The notes: generated from the sequence alone by a model not told the origin. Positions 40,618 through 51,357 are shown, counted from the stretch's first letter. The stretch is DNA of 64,000 nt from Microcoleaceae cyanobacterium (GCA_051652765.1 JBOFUV010000130.1:1-64000); one strand, 5' to 3'. A program made the numbers and translations.

Positions 40618-42714
40618 ATGACTATTTCTACAACCCCTCCTCAAGCAACTCAGAAACGTTCTAAGGTAGAAAGCCTCAAGGAACATAGTAATTTTCTGCG
40701 CGAACCCCTCGCGTCTGAGTTGCTCAATGACCAAAACTTCTTTACAGAAGATGCGATTCAAATTTTAAAATTCCACGGATCTTACCAACAAGACAATCGG
40801 GATCATCGGGTCAAGGGTCAAGAAAAAGACTATCAGATGATGCTCCGCACTCGAAGTCCAGGGGGGTTCATTCCTCCAGAACTCTATCTCACCCTGAATC
40901 GGCTCTCTGATGACTATGGGAATGGAACACTGCGGGCCACAACTCGCCAGGGATTTCAGCTCCACGGCGTGCTGAAACAGAATTTGAAAACAGTGATCGC
41001 GACCCTAGTCAAAAGCTTAGGCTCAACCCTGGGGGCTTGCGGGGATCTCAATCGCAATGTCATGGCTCCTCCCGTTCCCTACAAAAACCGCCCAGAGTAC
41101 AGGTATGCCTGGGAATACGCCAATAATATTGCCGACTTGCTCACGCCTCAAACTGGAGCCTACTATGAAATCTGGTTGGATGGAGAAAAATTCATCAGCG
41201 GCGAAGAACATCCAGAGGTGAAGGCTGCTCGCCAACGGAATGGCAATGGCACCGTTTTTCACAATTCTGAGGAACCTATCTATGGGGAACACTACATGCC
41301 CCGTAAATTTAAGATTTCAATTACGGTTCCAGGAGACAATTCAATTGATCTCTACACTCAAGATGTTAGTTTGGTGGTGATTACAGATGTCGCTGGAGAG
41401 CTAGAAGGGTTTAACATCTTTGCCGGGGGAGGTCTGGGTCGAACGCATAACAAAGAGGAAACCTTTGCGCGGGCCGCAGATGAAATTGGTTACGTCGCCA
41501 AAGCGGACATCTATGATTTGATGAAGGCTATTGTGGCTACTCAACGAGACTACAGTGATCGCTTCAACCGCCGTCATGCCCGGATGAAATACTTGCTCCA
41601 AGACTGGGGTGTTGAGAAGTTTAAAGCCAAAGTCGAGGATTATTTTGGCAAAGCAATTTCCCCCTTCAGATCTTTGCCGGAGTGGAAGTATCAGGACTAC
41701 CTTGGTTGGCACGAACAGGGAGATGGCAAGCTATTTGTCGGACTTTCCGTGGACAATGGTCGAGTCAAAGATGAGGGCGATCTGCAGCTTAAAACAGCCC
41801 TGCAGGAAATTGTGCAGCAGTTCCAGCTTCCTCTGCGGTTGACTCCCAATCAGAATATTCTGCTCTGTGAAGTTCCTCCGGAAAAGCAACCCGCAGTTCA
41901 AGCCATTCTAGATCGCTGCGGAGTTCAAAAAGAAACTGAAATTGATCCATTGGTCAGGTATGGAATGGCTTGTCCCGCGTTTCCTACTTGTGGCTTGGCA
42001 ATTACAGAATCTGAGCGAGTAATCCCTAGTATCCTGAGCCGGATTCGGGTATTGTTGGACAAGGTAGGGCTAGCGCAGGAGCATTTTGTTGTGCGAATGA
42101 CAGGGTGTCCCAATGGATGTGCTAGACCCTACATGGCGGAGCTTGGGTTTGTTGGGAGTGCCCCCGAAGCCTACCAAGTTTGGTTAGGTGGTTCACCAGA
42201 TCAGACGCGGTTAGCTCAGCCCTTTATGGAACGATTGGCAGTTTCAGACCTAGAGACCACCCTAGAGCCCATTTTTGTTTATTTTAAGCAAAATCGGCAA
42301 GCTGGAGAATGTTTCGGTGACTTCTGCTACCGAGTTGGGCTGGATTTGATTCGCCAATTTGTTTCTAACTACCCAGTGATACCTTTGATGAATACTGAAA
42401 CCCTGAATTCTGCTGTTCCCTCATACAAGACCTCGTTAGACAGTGTTGTTCCCATGACTTCTGTTGATCCAGATCATAACCCCCTCTCAGTTCCTGAACT
42501 AGAGGCTGTACCTTCCGAACCGATGGAGCTTTTAGACTCTTCCGAAACGTCTGAACCGGGCAAGATTCGCCATCGGGTGAGTGTGCGTCACAGCACCTAC
42601 ACCCAGCTTAAAGAAGAAGCCAAACGCCAAGGCAAGCCCGTTGTGGAAATTGCGTCCCGTGCGATTGAAGACTATCTGGAACGGGTGAAGGCAGACCTTC
42701 CAGATCAATCTTGA
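40618..42714 (+). CDS. sir: Ferredoxin-dependent sulfite reductase
   Basis: [30 protein letters not shown], and siroheme/Fe-S ligands MACPAFPTC and MTGCPNGC. Confidence 0.95.
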   Translation: MTISTTPPQATQKRSKVESLKEHSNFLREPLASELLNDQNFFTEDAIQILKFHGSYQQDNRDHRVKGQEKDYQMMLRTRSPGGFIPPELYLTLNRLSDDYGNGTLRATTRQGFQLHGVLKQNLKTVIATLVKSLGSTLGACGDLNRNVMAPPVPYKNRPEYRYAWEYANNIADLLTPQTGAYYEIWLDGEKFISGEEHPEVKAARQRNGNGTVFHNSEEPIYGEHYMPRKFKISITVPGDNSIDLYTQDVSLVVITDVAGELEGFNIFAGGGLGRTHNKEETFARAADEIGYVAKADIYDLMKAIVATQRDYSDRFNRRHARMKYLLQDWGVEKFKAKVEDYFGKAISPFRSLPEWKYQDYLGWHEQGDGKLFVGLSVDNGRVKDEGDLQLKTALQEIVQQFQLPLRLTPNQNILLCEVPPEKQPAVQAILDRCGVQKETEIDPLVRYGMACPAFPTCGLAITESERVIPSILSRIRVLLDKVGLAQEHFVVRMTGCPNGCARPYMAELGFVGSAPEAYQVWLGGSPDQTRLAQPFMERLAVSDLETTLEPIFVYFKQNRQAGECFGDFCYRVGLDLIRQFVSNYPVIPLMNTETLNSAVPSYKTSLDSVVPMTSVDPDHNPLSVPELEAVPSEPMELLDSSETSEPGKIRHRVSVRHSTYTQLKEEAKRQGKPVVEIASRAIEDYLERVKADLPDQS

Positions 42715-42828
42715 AGGTGTCATTTCCTACTTCTATGTCTCTTTAACGTTGATGAGTTCTTAAACGCTTTAATCCTGAGCTTAAGAGGACAGCAGCCTTG
42801 TCCCTAACCATCAAAATTACGGTGGCAG

Positions 42829-43689
42829 ATGACTACAATGTCTCAGCTTCAACGTTTAGCGATCGCACCGCAGCAAATTCAGAATCGGCACATTGACCTT
42901 ACGGCTGAACAGCAGCACTATTTGGGCCGGGTTCTGCGTCTACAAGTGGGCGATTGCTTTATTGCAATTGATGGACAGGGGCAGGGATGGCTAGTTCAGT
43001 TGGTTTGTCCCCTTCCTGCATTAAACCAGCAGGCTGAAATTCTGAAGCCTTTTTTAAGTCAGACAGAGCTTCCCATAACAATCACCTTGCTGACGGCTCT
43101 CCCTAAGGGCAATAGATTTGAAGAGATTTTGCGGATCTGCACCGAACTAGGGGTGGGCTGCTTTGTTCCGATATTGAGTGAGCGGACGCTGTTAAGACCG
43201 AGTTCACAGAAGCTAGAGCGCTGGCGTAAGATTGTGACTGAGGCAGCAGAACAGTCAGAGCGCCAAATCATTCCGACCGTCTTAGATCCCATTCCTTTCA
43301 ACGCTGCGCTAGAAAAGTTTCAAACCCATCCTCTACCCCCTAACCATAAGGGCTGGAACTACATCTGTGTTGCCCGTCAAATCAGCCCTCATCTGTTAAA
43401 TAGCTTGCAAGTTAATTTGGAGCAGGAACGACTAAAGAGCGAGGCAACTCTACCATTAGAATGCTCCGATATTGGAGCCGACGCTGAAGAGTTAACTTCA
43501 AAACCCAAGACATTTACTCCCTTAAACATTGTCCTTACTACGGGTCCAGAAGGAGGATGGACAACAGCAGAGGTGGAATTGGCACTTGAACTGGGCTTTC
43601 AGGCGGTGTCCCTAGGGCAGCGAATCTTGCGAGCAACAACGGCTCCTATTATGGCAGTGTCAATTGTTTCAAGTGTTTTGGAGCAATAA
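42829..43689 (+). CDS. rsmE: 16S rRNA (uracil-1498-N3)-methyltransferase
   Basis: Motifs HYLGRVLRL, TELGV, EAAEQSER, GPEGG and LGQRILRATTA. Confidence 0.93.
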   Translation: MTTMSQLQRLAIAPQQIQNRHIDLTAEQQHYLGRVLRLQVGDCFIAIDGQGQGWLVQLVCPLPALNQQAEILKPFLSQTELPITITLLTALPKGNRFEEILRICTELGVGCFVPILSERTLLRPSSQKLERWRKIVTEAAEQSERQIIPTVLDPIPFNAALEKFQTHPLPPNHKGWNYICVARQISPHLLNSLQVNLEQERLKSEATLPLECSDIGADAEELTSKPKTFTPLNIVLTTGPEGGWTTAEVELALELGFQAVSLGQRILRATTAPIMAVSIVSSVLEQ

Positions 43690-43780
43690 AACTCTGGCAA
43701 CGAGAGTTTGGTAAACAATATATTGGTAAACAATATAATAAAGAAAAAGCAAGTTTGCATTTGTAACTTAGGTCAGTTTG

Positions 43781-44203
43781 ATGACGAACAAGATTTTAGC
43801 TGTGACCCGCCCTAAGCGGCCAGAAATGCCTGACTCATCCCAGGCAGATGCCGGCAAGCCTGAAGAGTCCTCGCCCGATCCGAAGCCCTTGAGTTCTCCT
43901 CCAAGAGATGGGTTCAGTCGCCCTCAAAAACCCACTAAGCGACCTAAAGTTCAGTCTCAGCCTCTGGTTGAGCTGACTGAAGTCAAAACTCCTGAGGGGA
44001 TAGTTTTCAAGGTCGGAGATGGGATTTTAGTTCGGGCTCCCTGGGGTAATCCAGCAGAGGCTGAGATTACAATCTTTTATCAAATCAACCCAGAGGAAGT
44101 ATTTGCTCATTTTGTTCCCAAGGAATCCAAGGAAGGCTGGACATGGGAGGGCGGTTGCATCTGCACGGCATTGCTGCGGATTGCTCAAACAGCTAGTTCC
44201 TGA
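43781..44203 (+). CDS. Hypothetical protein (disordered N-terminus, small beta-rich C-terminal domain)
   Basis: Open frame with Pro/Lys-rich N-terminus, then FKVGDGILVRAPWG...W.WEGGC. Confidence 0.65.
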   Translation: MTNKILAVTRPKRPEMPDSSQADAGKPEESSPDPKPLSSPPRDGFSRPQKPTKRPKVQSQPLVELTEVKTPEGIVFKVGDGILVRAPWGNPAEAEITIFYQINPEEVFAHFVPKESKEGWTWEGGCICTALLRIAQTASS

Positions 44204-44349
44204 TCCAGCAGTCACTCACTTCGAGTTGATCGAGTCTAGCTGATCACGGCAGATGTATGACATGTGCTGCTGATTGATTGGCTTTGCGATCGCTAGAAAT
44301 CTTTGTCTGGCAAATCACTGTCTAGGGTTGGCAGACAAACAACTAACTC

Positions 44350-44379
44350 TAGACAATCTGGTTTTTAATTTGCTAGAAT
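44350..44379 (+). promoter_or_regulatory. Putative sigma70 promoter of tRNA-Ser
   Basis: TAGACA-18 nt-TAGAAT with an extended TG, 16 nt before the mature tRNA. Confidence 0.5.
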
Positions 44380-44395
44380 GGTTAAATGCCATTTT

Positions 44396-44484
44396 GGAGA
44401 GGTGGCTGAGTGGTCGAAAGCGGCAGATTGCTAATCTGTTAGGTGATGTACGTCGCCTCGGGGGTTCGAATCCCCCCCTCTCCG
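44396..44484 (+). tRNA. trnS: tRNA-Ser(GCT)
   Basis: GGAGAGG/CCTCTCC-G acceptor stem, D loop GAGTGGTCGAA, anticodon arm GCAGA-TT-GCT-AA-TCTGT, long variable arm and GGTTCGAATCC T arm. CCA is not encoded. Confidence 0.97.
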
Positions 44485-44837
44485 TACTTTGGGATTTAAT
44501 AGCGATCCCTTTCCAGGTCTACATTTTTTAGGCTAGACTATCCGTTCACGTTAACTAACGGTTGTTGAACAGCGATTGAGTCGGTCGGCTAGAGCGCTGC
44601 TCAAAGGCTTTTAATGGCTAGTTGCTTATGAGGTGCACCCCTATGTTTAATCAGAGCTGATGTGTTGATTTCATAACCCCCTGGGTCAATGCTGCTCTTG
44701 TTGCCCTCACTGCCCAATACGATCGCGTTTTAGTAGGAATGCTCTAGAGATATGAGATAGATTTTTAGTGCAAATGCGTCGAAAGCGGAACTGTTCAGTT
44801 AAATTGGAAAGGAAAGTTCTTAGAGGAAGCTTGGGGA

Positions 44838-45224
44838 ATGCCAGATTCATCAGCATTGATCACTCAACTTAAGCCTGCTGATCGACGAGAGGTTGGTGTC
44901 TATTTGCCCTATTACGATGAGAAGATTCGCAAATACCTTCCCCATTCGATTAGTCTCTACAAGGAAAAAAGCCTAGAGGGAGCCCGCAAAATTGACGGCG
45001 GGGAGGACATTCCGTTCGTTGCAAGTTGGAGTACTTCCTCCCTACCCGCAGATCCAACCCATTGTCGAGTTCAATTTAGCGGAAACGCGGACTTAAGCTA
45101 TGCATTGGCATTGCCAAACTATGAATTTATTCGATATCTGATCGAAGTCCTGCAAAATTTTGGACGAAATCGCATCATCGATTTTTCTCAAGATTTTTAC
45201 AAGAAGCTTCTGCATGTTTATTGA
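44838..45224 (+). CDS. ebsA: Type IV pilus biogenesis / secretion protein EbsA
   Basis: VGVYLPYY...LEGARKI.GG..IPFVA.W...LPAD.T.CRVQF...DFS..FYKKLL, directly upstream of the pta-like gene. Confidence 0.82.
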   Translation: MPDSSALITQLKPADRREVGVYLPYYDEKIRKYLPHSISLYKEKSLEGARKIDGGEDIPFVASWSTSSLPADPTHCRVQFSGNADLSYALALPNYEFIRYLIEVLQNFGRNRIIDFSQDFYKKLLHVY

Positions 45225-45292
45225 TCAGAGTTGGAAAATTTACGGGGCAGTGGTGGTGTTGCGGTTAACCAAAGAATTGAGGAGCTAGATGG

Positions 45293-46390
45293 GTGGCTAA
45301 ATCTGTGAAATGTTTGTTAATTGGTTCAACAAAACCCTACAGCGGCAAATCGGCGATCGCGATTGGCATTGCTCATCAACTAAAAAGTCGGGGAGTAGAG
45401 GTGTCCTACGGTAAACCCCTGGGAACAGATGTAAATCACCTTGGAGATCAAACTACGGATGCAGATCTGGAGTTTATTGCTCAAACCCTAGCCTTGAGAG
45501 CGGATCAGGTACATCCTCCCTTGCTCATGGTAACGGAGGAGACAACGCATCAGCGGCTTCAGGGCAAGAATCAAATCGATTACTCTCAGTCTCTGACCCA
45601 GTGGGCAGAGTCAGCCTCAGCAGAATTGATCTTATTGGAAGGAGCCAGAACTTTACAACAGGGCCATTTGTTCGGGCTATCTTTGCCTCAAATTGCTCAG
45701 GTGCTGGATGCATCAGTGATTTTGGTGGAGCGTTTGGCTTTTCCGCTCAATCTTGACGATCTCTTGTTTGCTCAAACCCAGTTGGGCGATCGCCTGATTG
45801 GAGTCGTGATCAACGACTTGATGGATGAACAGCAAGAGGAAATTGTCGCCCTAGTCAAGCCATTTTTGGAGAGTCATCATCTCCCAATTTTAGGATTCTT
45901 ACCCCGCAATGCTCTCCTGCGAAGTGTGAGCGTTGGGGAGTTAACCCAGCAGCTCAATGCCCAAGTCCTGTGTGGAGCAAACCATTTGGGGGTTATGGTG
46001 GAGAGCTTGACCGTCGGAGCGATGAATGTCAGCGCCGCCATGAAATATTTTGACCGTTCTCGCAATATGGCTGTGGTTACCGGAGGCGATCGCACCGATA
46101 TTCAACTTGCGGCCTTGGAAAAGTCAACCCACTGCCTGATCTTAACGGGGCAAATTACTCCTGATCCGCTGATTCTCAGTCGGGCTGAAGATTTGGAAGT
46201 TCCTGTTTTGTCTGTTGATTTAGACACGCTATCCACCATAGAAATTATTGACCGTACTTTTGGTCAGGTGCGCTTGCATGAATCTAGTAAAGTTAAGTGC
46301 ATTACTCAGCTCATGGCAGATCATTTCGACTTGAATCAACTGATGGAGCTTTTGGAGTTGAAGGCAGCTTCTTCCGCGCAGTCAAGTTAG
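45293..46390 (+). CDS. Phosphotransacetylase N-terminal-like protein (BioD-like P-loop plus DRTGG domain)
   Basis: YSGKSA, YGKPLG, VGAMNV and AVVTGGDRTDIQLAAL. No Pta catalytic C-terminal domain. Confidence 0.88.
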   Translation: MAKSVKCLLIGSTKPYSGKSAIAIGIAHQLKSRGVEVSYGKPLGTDVNHLGDQTTDADLEFIAQTLALRADQVHPPLLMVTEETTHQRLQGKNQIDYSQSLTQWAESASAELILLEGARTLQQGHLFGLSLPQIAQVLDASVILVERLAFPLNLDDLLFAQTQLGDRLIGVVINDLMDEQQEEIVALVKPFLESHHLPILGFLPRNALLRSVSVGELTQQLNAQVLCGANHLGVMVESLTVGAMNVSAAMKYFDRSRNMAVVTGGDRTDIQLAALEKSTHCLILTGQITPDPLILSRAEDLEVPVLSVDLDTLSTIEIIDRTFGQVRLHESSKVKCITQLMADHFDLNQLMELLELKAASSAQSS

Positions 46391-46395
46391 GGTTT

Positions 46396-47553
46396 GTGCA
46401 AGTGGTGGTTACGGGCATCGGTCTGCGCTCTGCCCTGGGACAATCAGCTCAGACTTGGCAAAAGCTGTTGCGGGGCGAATCAGCAATTCAACAGCGGCAA
46501 CCCTTTCCGGATCTTGAACCTCGGCCATTGGCTCTGATCGGTCAATCTCCCGCAAGTTTGGCAGCCTTGGCTCAGGGGGCTATGGTAGATGCCTTGGCGG
46601 ATGCTGGCTTGACTGTTCCCCTGTCTGACTGTGGCATTGTCGTTGGATCAAGTCGAGGCTATCAGGGAGACCTGGAGAAACTAGTCGCTACCCTTCAGTC
46701 ACCCACCGAACTCATCCTAGGTCAGGGGCCAAGTTTACAGCCTCTTAATCAGCAGTTTCTTCAGGCTCTGCCCTGTTCTCTGTCTACTGAAGTTGCGGCT
46801 CAAGTGGTTTCGACGGGGCCTGTGTTAGCCCCAATGGCTGCCTGTTCTACCGGGGCTTGGGCAGTGGCTCAAGCCTATGAACTCCTACAAATGGGGCAAT
46901 GTCAACAAGTGATTGCCGGAGCTGTGGAGGCCCCAATAACTCCCCTCACCCTGGCTGGATTTCAACAGATGGGAGCCTTAGCACAAACGGGAGCCTACCC
47001 GTTTGATCAGCATCGAGAGGGGTTTGTTTTAGGGGAAGGAGCGGCGATGTTTGTGCTAGAGTCGGCGGCGGGGGCAAATCATCGGGCTAGGGTTCCCTAC
47101 GGACAAATTTTGGGGTTTGGGTTAACAGCAGATGCTTGGGCAAACAATCGACCTGATTTGGGCGGAAAAAGTGCGATCGCCGCGATTCAGTCCTGTCTAC
47201 ACCGCAGTGGCCTAACTCCCCACGAGATTAACTATATTCATGCTCATGGCACCGCAACTCCTTTGAATGATGCTCACGAAGCCAAGCTCATTCAAAACAT
47301 CTTTCCTCACCGCGTCCCTGTCAGTTCAACCAAAGGGGCAACGGGACATACCTTGGGGGCATCGGGTGCATTAGGGATTGCCTTTGGGTTGATGACGTTG
47401 AAACATCAGATCCTGCCGCCCTGTGTCGGGTTGAAAGACTTGGAATTTGACTTGGATGTGGTGCAAGAGGCTCGTCCTGCTGTTGTCAACCAGCTTCTCT
47501 GTCTCAGTTTTGGATTTGGGGGGCAGAATGGGGCGATCGCCCTTGGACGGTAA
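46396..47553 (+). CDS. Beta-ketoacyl-ACP synthase (FabF-like)
   Basis: VVVTGIG, AACSTG, GFVLGEGA, HAHGTAT, TKGATGHTLGA and SFGFGGQN. Start placed at GTG 46396. Confidence 0.9.
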   Translation: MQVVVTGIGLRSALGQSAQTWQKLLRGESAIQQRQPFPDLEPRPLALIGQSPASLAALAQGAMVDALADAGLTVPLSDCGIVVGSSRGYQGDLEKLVATLQSPTELILGQGPSLQPLNQQFLQALPCSLSTEVAAQVVSTGPVLAPMAACSTGAWAVAQAYELLQMGQCQQVIAGAVEAPITPLTLAGFQQMGALAQTGAYPFDQHREGFVLGEGAAMFVLESAAGANHRARVPYGQILGFGLTADAWANNRPDLGGKSAIAAIQSCLHRSGLTPHEINYIHAHGTATPLNDAHEAKLIQNIFPHRVPVSSTKGATGHTLGASGALGIAFGLMTLKHQILPPCVGLKDLEFDLDVVQEARPAVVNQLLCLSFGFGGQNGAIALGR

Positions 47554-47699
47554 GGGTACTCAACGTTTGAGGGATCAGAGGTTAGAGCAATTTCTATAAA
47601 CTTTAGGTTCTACAAAGTGTGTTAATTTAAGTGTGACTTAACTTGAGATTCCTAGCATTTTATTGAATTTTTTGTTACCCTTTCATCGGGAAATCAACT

Positions 47700-47927
47700 A
47701 TGGATTTTGGATGGGAATCCCCCTCGCAGACGCGGAAACTGATTTCTGAACAGTTTCAGGTGCAGCAATTAACCTATGATTTCTACCAGGAAGTTCAGCA
47801 TCGTGAAGTGCTAGAGAACTATTGTCAATGGTACGCCGAAACTGCCAAGCGCCATCAACAAGAACTAGAAAAAATGCGGGGGGACTTCAACATCTTTGGA
47901 TATTTCCTCGGGGGAGATAGGTCATAA
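47700..47927 (+). CDS. Conserved cyanobacterial small hypothetical protein
   Basis: FYQEVQHR...YCQWY...HQQELEKMRGDFNIFG. Confidence 0.75.
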   Translation: MDFGWESPSQTRKLISEQFQVQQLTYDFYQEVQHREVLENYCQWYAETAKRHQQELEKMRGDFNIFGYFLGGDRS

Positions 47928-47935
47928 GTGTCAAC

Positions 47936-48157
47936 TTAGAGGATCTCAAGTTCTTCTGTTTTGAGATGAACCTTGAATTTTTCAGAAAACTTAACCACAA
48001 TAGGCAGATTAGGGCTAATCGGTCTACCATTCCAATCCTTTAAAACCTCAGTAATTTCTCCCTCTAGCCCTTTCATATCAAAAGGTTGGTTTCGGTGTTC
48101 TGGATGAACATAAACAACGACAGAAGCAACAACGCGGACACGATCCCCAGGTTTCAT
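47936..48157 (-). CDS. ftrV: Ferredoxin-thioredoxin reductase variable chain
   Basis: MKPGDRVRV..SVVVY.HPEHR..PFD.KG.EGE....DWNGRPISPNLP. Confidence 0.93.
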   Translation of the reverse strand: MKPGDRVRVVASVVVYVHPEHRNQPFDMKGLEGEITEVLKDWNGRPISPNLPIVVKFSEKFKVHLKTEELEIL

Positions 48158-48400
48158 AAACTTACCTAACGTTCTCCTCTCTCGAACCCAAGACGATTAG
48201 CTTTTATGGCTACTTGCACAGGTTTAGCAATTTTTTTATCTTTGCATAGATTTGGCACAAAACCTACGACCAGCCAGAAATTCTGCTGATGGAGCAGACA
48301 ACCACCATCAGGAACGACACTCGGAGACGATGACTTCACTAACGCGATAGGACTCCATGCTTGACCCTTGATCTGTAACTGGAGCTGATTAGAAGTGTGA

Positions 48401-48440
48401 GTAGGGATTGTGTCCGCACAGGTTGGAAGCCTGCACTACA
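48401..48440. repeat. GTAG-family REP-like element downstream of rodA
   Basis: Bounded by GTAGGG and CACTAC. The minus strand reads TGTAGTGCAGGCTTCCAACCTG, with a CAGG/CCTG stem. Confidence 0.5.
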
Positions 48441-48492
48441 GGCATCTCATCAATCATGACTGACTCTTCTGGGTCGGTTTTGTGAATTGGGA

Positions 48493-49746
48493 TCAAAACC
48501 TGATTCGTTGTCGATGGTTCGCCACCGACTGTACTAACCCTAAAGCAATAAAGTTACTCAATAGAGCAGACCGTCCGTAGCTCAGAAGCGGTAGAGGAAT
48601 GCCAGTCACCGGAGCCAGACCAATATTCATCCCAATATTGACAAAGACCTGAAAAACCACCATGGATAACACCCCAATCGCCAACAGGGAACCGAAGCTA
48701 TCCTTGGCCGACAGGGCAATCATGATCAAGCGCCAACAGATAAACCAAAATGCCGTCAGAACACACATGCACCCGATGAAGCCGAGTTCTTCACCAATGG
48801 CAGAAAAGATAAAGTCTGTATGTTGTTCGGGAATGAAATTGAGCTGAGTCTGGGTGCCGTGGTACAATCCCCGTCCATAAACTTGGCCAGAACCAATGGC
48901 AATCCGGGATTGGATCAGGTGATACCCCGCTCCGAGGGGATCAAGTTCGGGATTTAAAAATCCAGTCAATCGTTGCTTTTGATAGTCTTGCAATAAGCCC
49001 CAGAACACATGTCCCAGTTTCCCTGCCCCTAGATTGACCAACAGAGCCAAGAGCGCACTTAACCAGCGGCGCGGCAAACTTCCCCAAGCAATCACCCCCA
49101 TACCAACTGCGAAGATCACCCCAAATTGAGGTTGAATATTAGACAGGATTGCAGAAATAATCGGCGACACAAGCAGCACAAGCCAACTAGGGGGGATGTT
49201 ACCCCAGTACAACATTCCCAGGGTGATTGCCCCGAATATCAGGGAAGTGCCTAAGTTGGGCTCAATAAAGACCAATCCCCAAGGAACCGCAGCGATCGCC
49301 AACATCCGAATCATGTCCAGCAGTGTGGGAGAGGTACGCTCATGGAGCAGAGCCGCTAGGGTAATAATTAAACCCACCTTAGCAAATTCGGATGGTTGGA
49401 CATGAAACCCAAAAATGTTAATCCAGCGTTGTGCTCCTAAAGCACTTGTGCCAATAAATTGAACGGCAATCAAGGAGACATTCACAATCCCATAGATGAC
49501 CCACTTCCACCGCATCAACTGTTCATAGCGACACCGAGCAATCATGAGGGCCAATCCCAAACCAACGCCCCCCATGAGCCAATGCTGCCGCCAATCTGTC
49601 AAGCCTTGATTAAGCTCAACACTTCGGATCATCAGCCCTCCGAACAACATCAAGCCAATATAAGCCAACAACAAAGGCCAGTCCATGTCTGCCCAAGCCG
49701 ATAAAACCGTCTGCCGTCGGCTATTTATCCTTACCCGTCCTAACAT
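48493..49746 (-). CDS. rodA: Rod shape-determining protein RodA
   Basis: GAQRWI, QPSEFAK, YQKQRL, GYHLIQSRIAIGSG, PEQHTDFIF and TGIPLPLLSYG. Confidence 0.95.
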   Translation of the reverse strand: MLGRVRINSRRQTVLSAWADMDWPLLLAYIGLMLFGGLMIRSVELNQGLTDWRQHWLMGGVGLGLALMIARCRYEQLMRWKWVIYGIVNVSLIAVQFIGTSALGAQRWINIFGFHVQPSEFAKVGLIITLAALLHERTSPTLLDMIRMLAIAAVPWGLVFIEPNLGTSLIFGAITLGMLYWGNIPPSWLVLLVSPIISAILSNIQPQFGVIFAVGMGVIAWGSLPRRWLSALLALLVNLGAGKLGHVFWGLLQDYQKQRLTGFLNPELDPLGAGYHLIQSRIAIGSGQVYGRGLYHGTQTQLNFIPEQHTDFIFSAIGEELGFIGCMCVLTAFWFICWRLIMIALSAKDSFGSLLAIGVLSMVVFQVFVNIGMNIGLAPVTGIPLPLLSYGRSALLSNFIALGLVQSVANHRQRIRF

Positions 49747-49858
49747 AATTGAGGTTTATTACTCCCTTGGGTGTTGATGTCCTAACAATGTTTTCTCAAG
49801 AGCTTGGCGATGAATTCCGTTCGATTCTCAGGCATCCTCCGAGGAATGATTTGAGGCA

Positions 49859-50221
49859 TCAGTTGGATGGGGCAGGTTCATAGAGATATTCAAAGGTATT
49901 GCCATCAGGATCACGTCCATAGAAGGAAGCTGTCCCGTCTCGATGATCATGAATCTGACTTACATTCACGCCTTGAACTTTTAACTCAGTGTAAGCAGTT
50001 TCCATCTCAGCGCGATCACTTAAGACAAAGCCAAAGTGTGCCCCAGCCTGATCATACCCCGGACTCAAAAGCGCCAATCCATCTTCTCCAGCTTTTAAGT
50101 AGGCCCAATCTGTATCTTTCCAAACTAATCTCATGCCCAGATTCTTATAAAACTGTGCGGCTTGATTGATATCTTGCACACAAATCGCAACGTGTCCCAG
50201 TCGTTTCAGCTTCATCGCCAT
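49859..50221 (-). CDS. VOC / glyoxalase family protein
   Basis: LGHVAICV, HFGF and SFYGRDPDGNTFE. Confidence 0.9.
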   Translation of the reverse strand: MAMKLKRLGHVAICVQDINQAAQFYKNLGMRLVWKDTDWAYLKAGEDGLALLSPGYDQAGAHFGFVLSDRAEMETAYTELKVQGVNVSQIHDHRDGTASFYGRDPDGNTFEYLYEPAPSN

Positions 50222-50646
50222 AAAAGTTCGTGCATTCTCTTCTTGAATTCATTCTACAAGTGTCTTCTCATTTCAAACTTGCGTCGGAGCGATCGCCATT
50301 CAGTAGTTTGTAGAATCAAGGGTGAGGCTAGGGGTGAGACTTTTGGAAGTGAGGCACTTCTATTGTCATTTCTCCAACCCCTGGTGCTTGCTTAATCGCT
50401 GAGCGCAGATATCCCATCCAAGTCCTCGAGTCTAAGGATGACGGGTAAAATTTAAACCTGTCGCGTCTCAGATACGCAGCATTGTTTTCGCTTCTTTCCT
50501 GGGTTGATCTACTGCTGGTTGGTGACTTCCTCCAATTCCCTCGTAACGCACGATCACCGTCATTTTTGAAACATTAATGTTAAGTTGAAGGGTAAAGAAA
50601 TAAAGTTTTAATTCATTGAATCTATAAGATTTTAGAGGTGCTTACG

Positions 50647-51336
50647 ATGAAAAGAATCTGGCAGATTGCTTTAACAATTCCTGTCTCTTTAGCCACTCCT
50701 GTTTTCATGACCCTGCCTACTGATGCAGCAACCTTTGCAACTCAGGTAGAGTATTACCAAGAGGGTGCGGGAATTGTGGATGCGTACCGTCGGGAAACAG
50801 ACCATGCATTGGGTGCTCCTCAAGCGGATAAAACCGAGGATTTCTTAAGTTTAGGTCTAGGGGGTTGGGCAATTTTTGGCTTCGATACCCTGTTTTCTAA
50901 ACAAGTAACCCTTTGGGAAACAACTTGGGGTCAGAAGAAAAACCAGAATGCTTATGATGAGCAAGTTCAAGTTTATGTTGGCAGTGATCTTGATTTCACC
51001 CCAGGGAATTTAGCTGAAACCCTAGGCAACGGCAACTGGCTGGATTTGGGCATTGTCAAAAACATTGCAGATGGGGCCTACGACACAGACCAAAACAATG
51101 ATTCTGCCGAATCAGGAGCAACTCTAAACATCGGCAACAACGCGCCTTATCAATATGTTCTCTTAGTAGACCAATCTGAGAATTCCCTGGGTCGAGACGG
51201 CTTTGATGTCAATGCCATTGCCGTTACATCGGAACGGGGCGTAGGGGTTCCTGAACCCTCTAACACCATCAGTCTAATCACCTTAGGAATTTTTGCCGCT
51301 GGATTGCTCCTAAAACGTACTCCATCTCAGTCATAA
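50647..51336 (+). CDS. PEP-CTERM sorting domain-containing secreted protein
   Basis: Signal peptide ending TDAA, and C-terminal VPEP + TM helix + KR. Confidence 0.9.
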   Translation: MKRIWQIALTIPVSLATPVFMTLPTDAATFATQVEYYQEGAGIVDAYRRETDHALGAPQADKTEDFLSLGLGGWAIFGFDTLFSKQVTLWETTWGQKKNQNAYDEQVQVYVGSDLDFTPGNLAETLGNGNWLDLGIVKNIADGAYDTDQNNDSAESGATLNIGNNAPYQYVLLVDQSENSLGRDGFDVNAIAVTSERGVGVPEPSNTISLITLGIFAAGLLLKRTPSQS

Positions 51337-51357
51337 TTCAGTTCACTTCTTGGCGAG

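Noticed and set aside
44274..44531. 85-aa ORF in the track
   Set aside because: It spans the tRNA-Ser gene, so it is spurious.
44484..44838. Genomic island integrated at tRNA-Ser
   Set aside because: There is no integrase and no duplicated tRNA 3' end, and core genes follow immediately.
46396..47553. Secondary-metabolite (type II PKS) cluster around the ketosynthase
   Set aside because: There is no ACP, chain-length factor or tailoring gene nearby, and the neighbours are core genes.
50321..50460. TPP riboswitch or 6S RNA
   Set aside because: It lacks the CTGAGA...CCTGA core and does not resemble cyanobacterial 6S RNA. Kept only as a weak unknown-structure finding.
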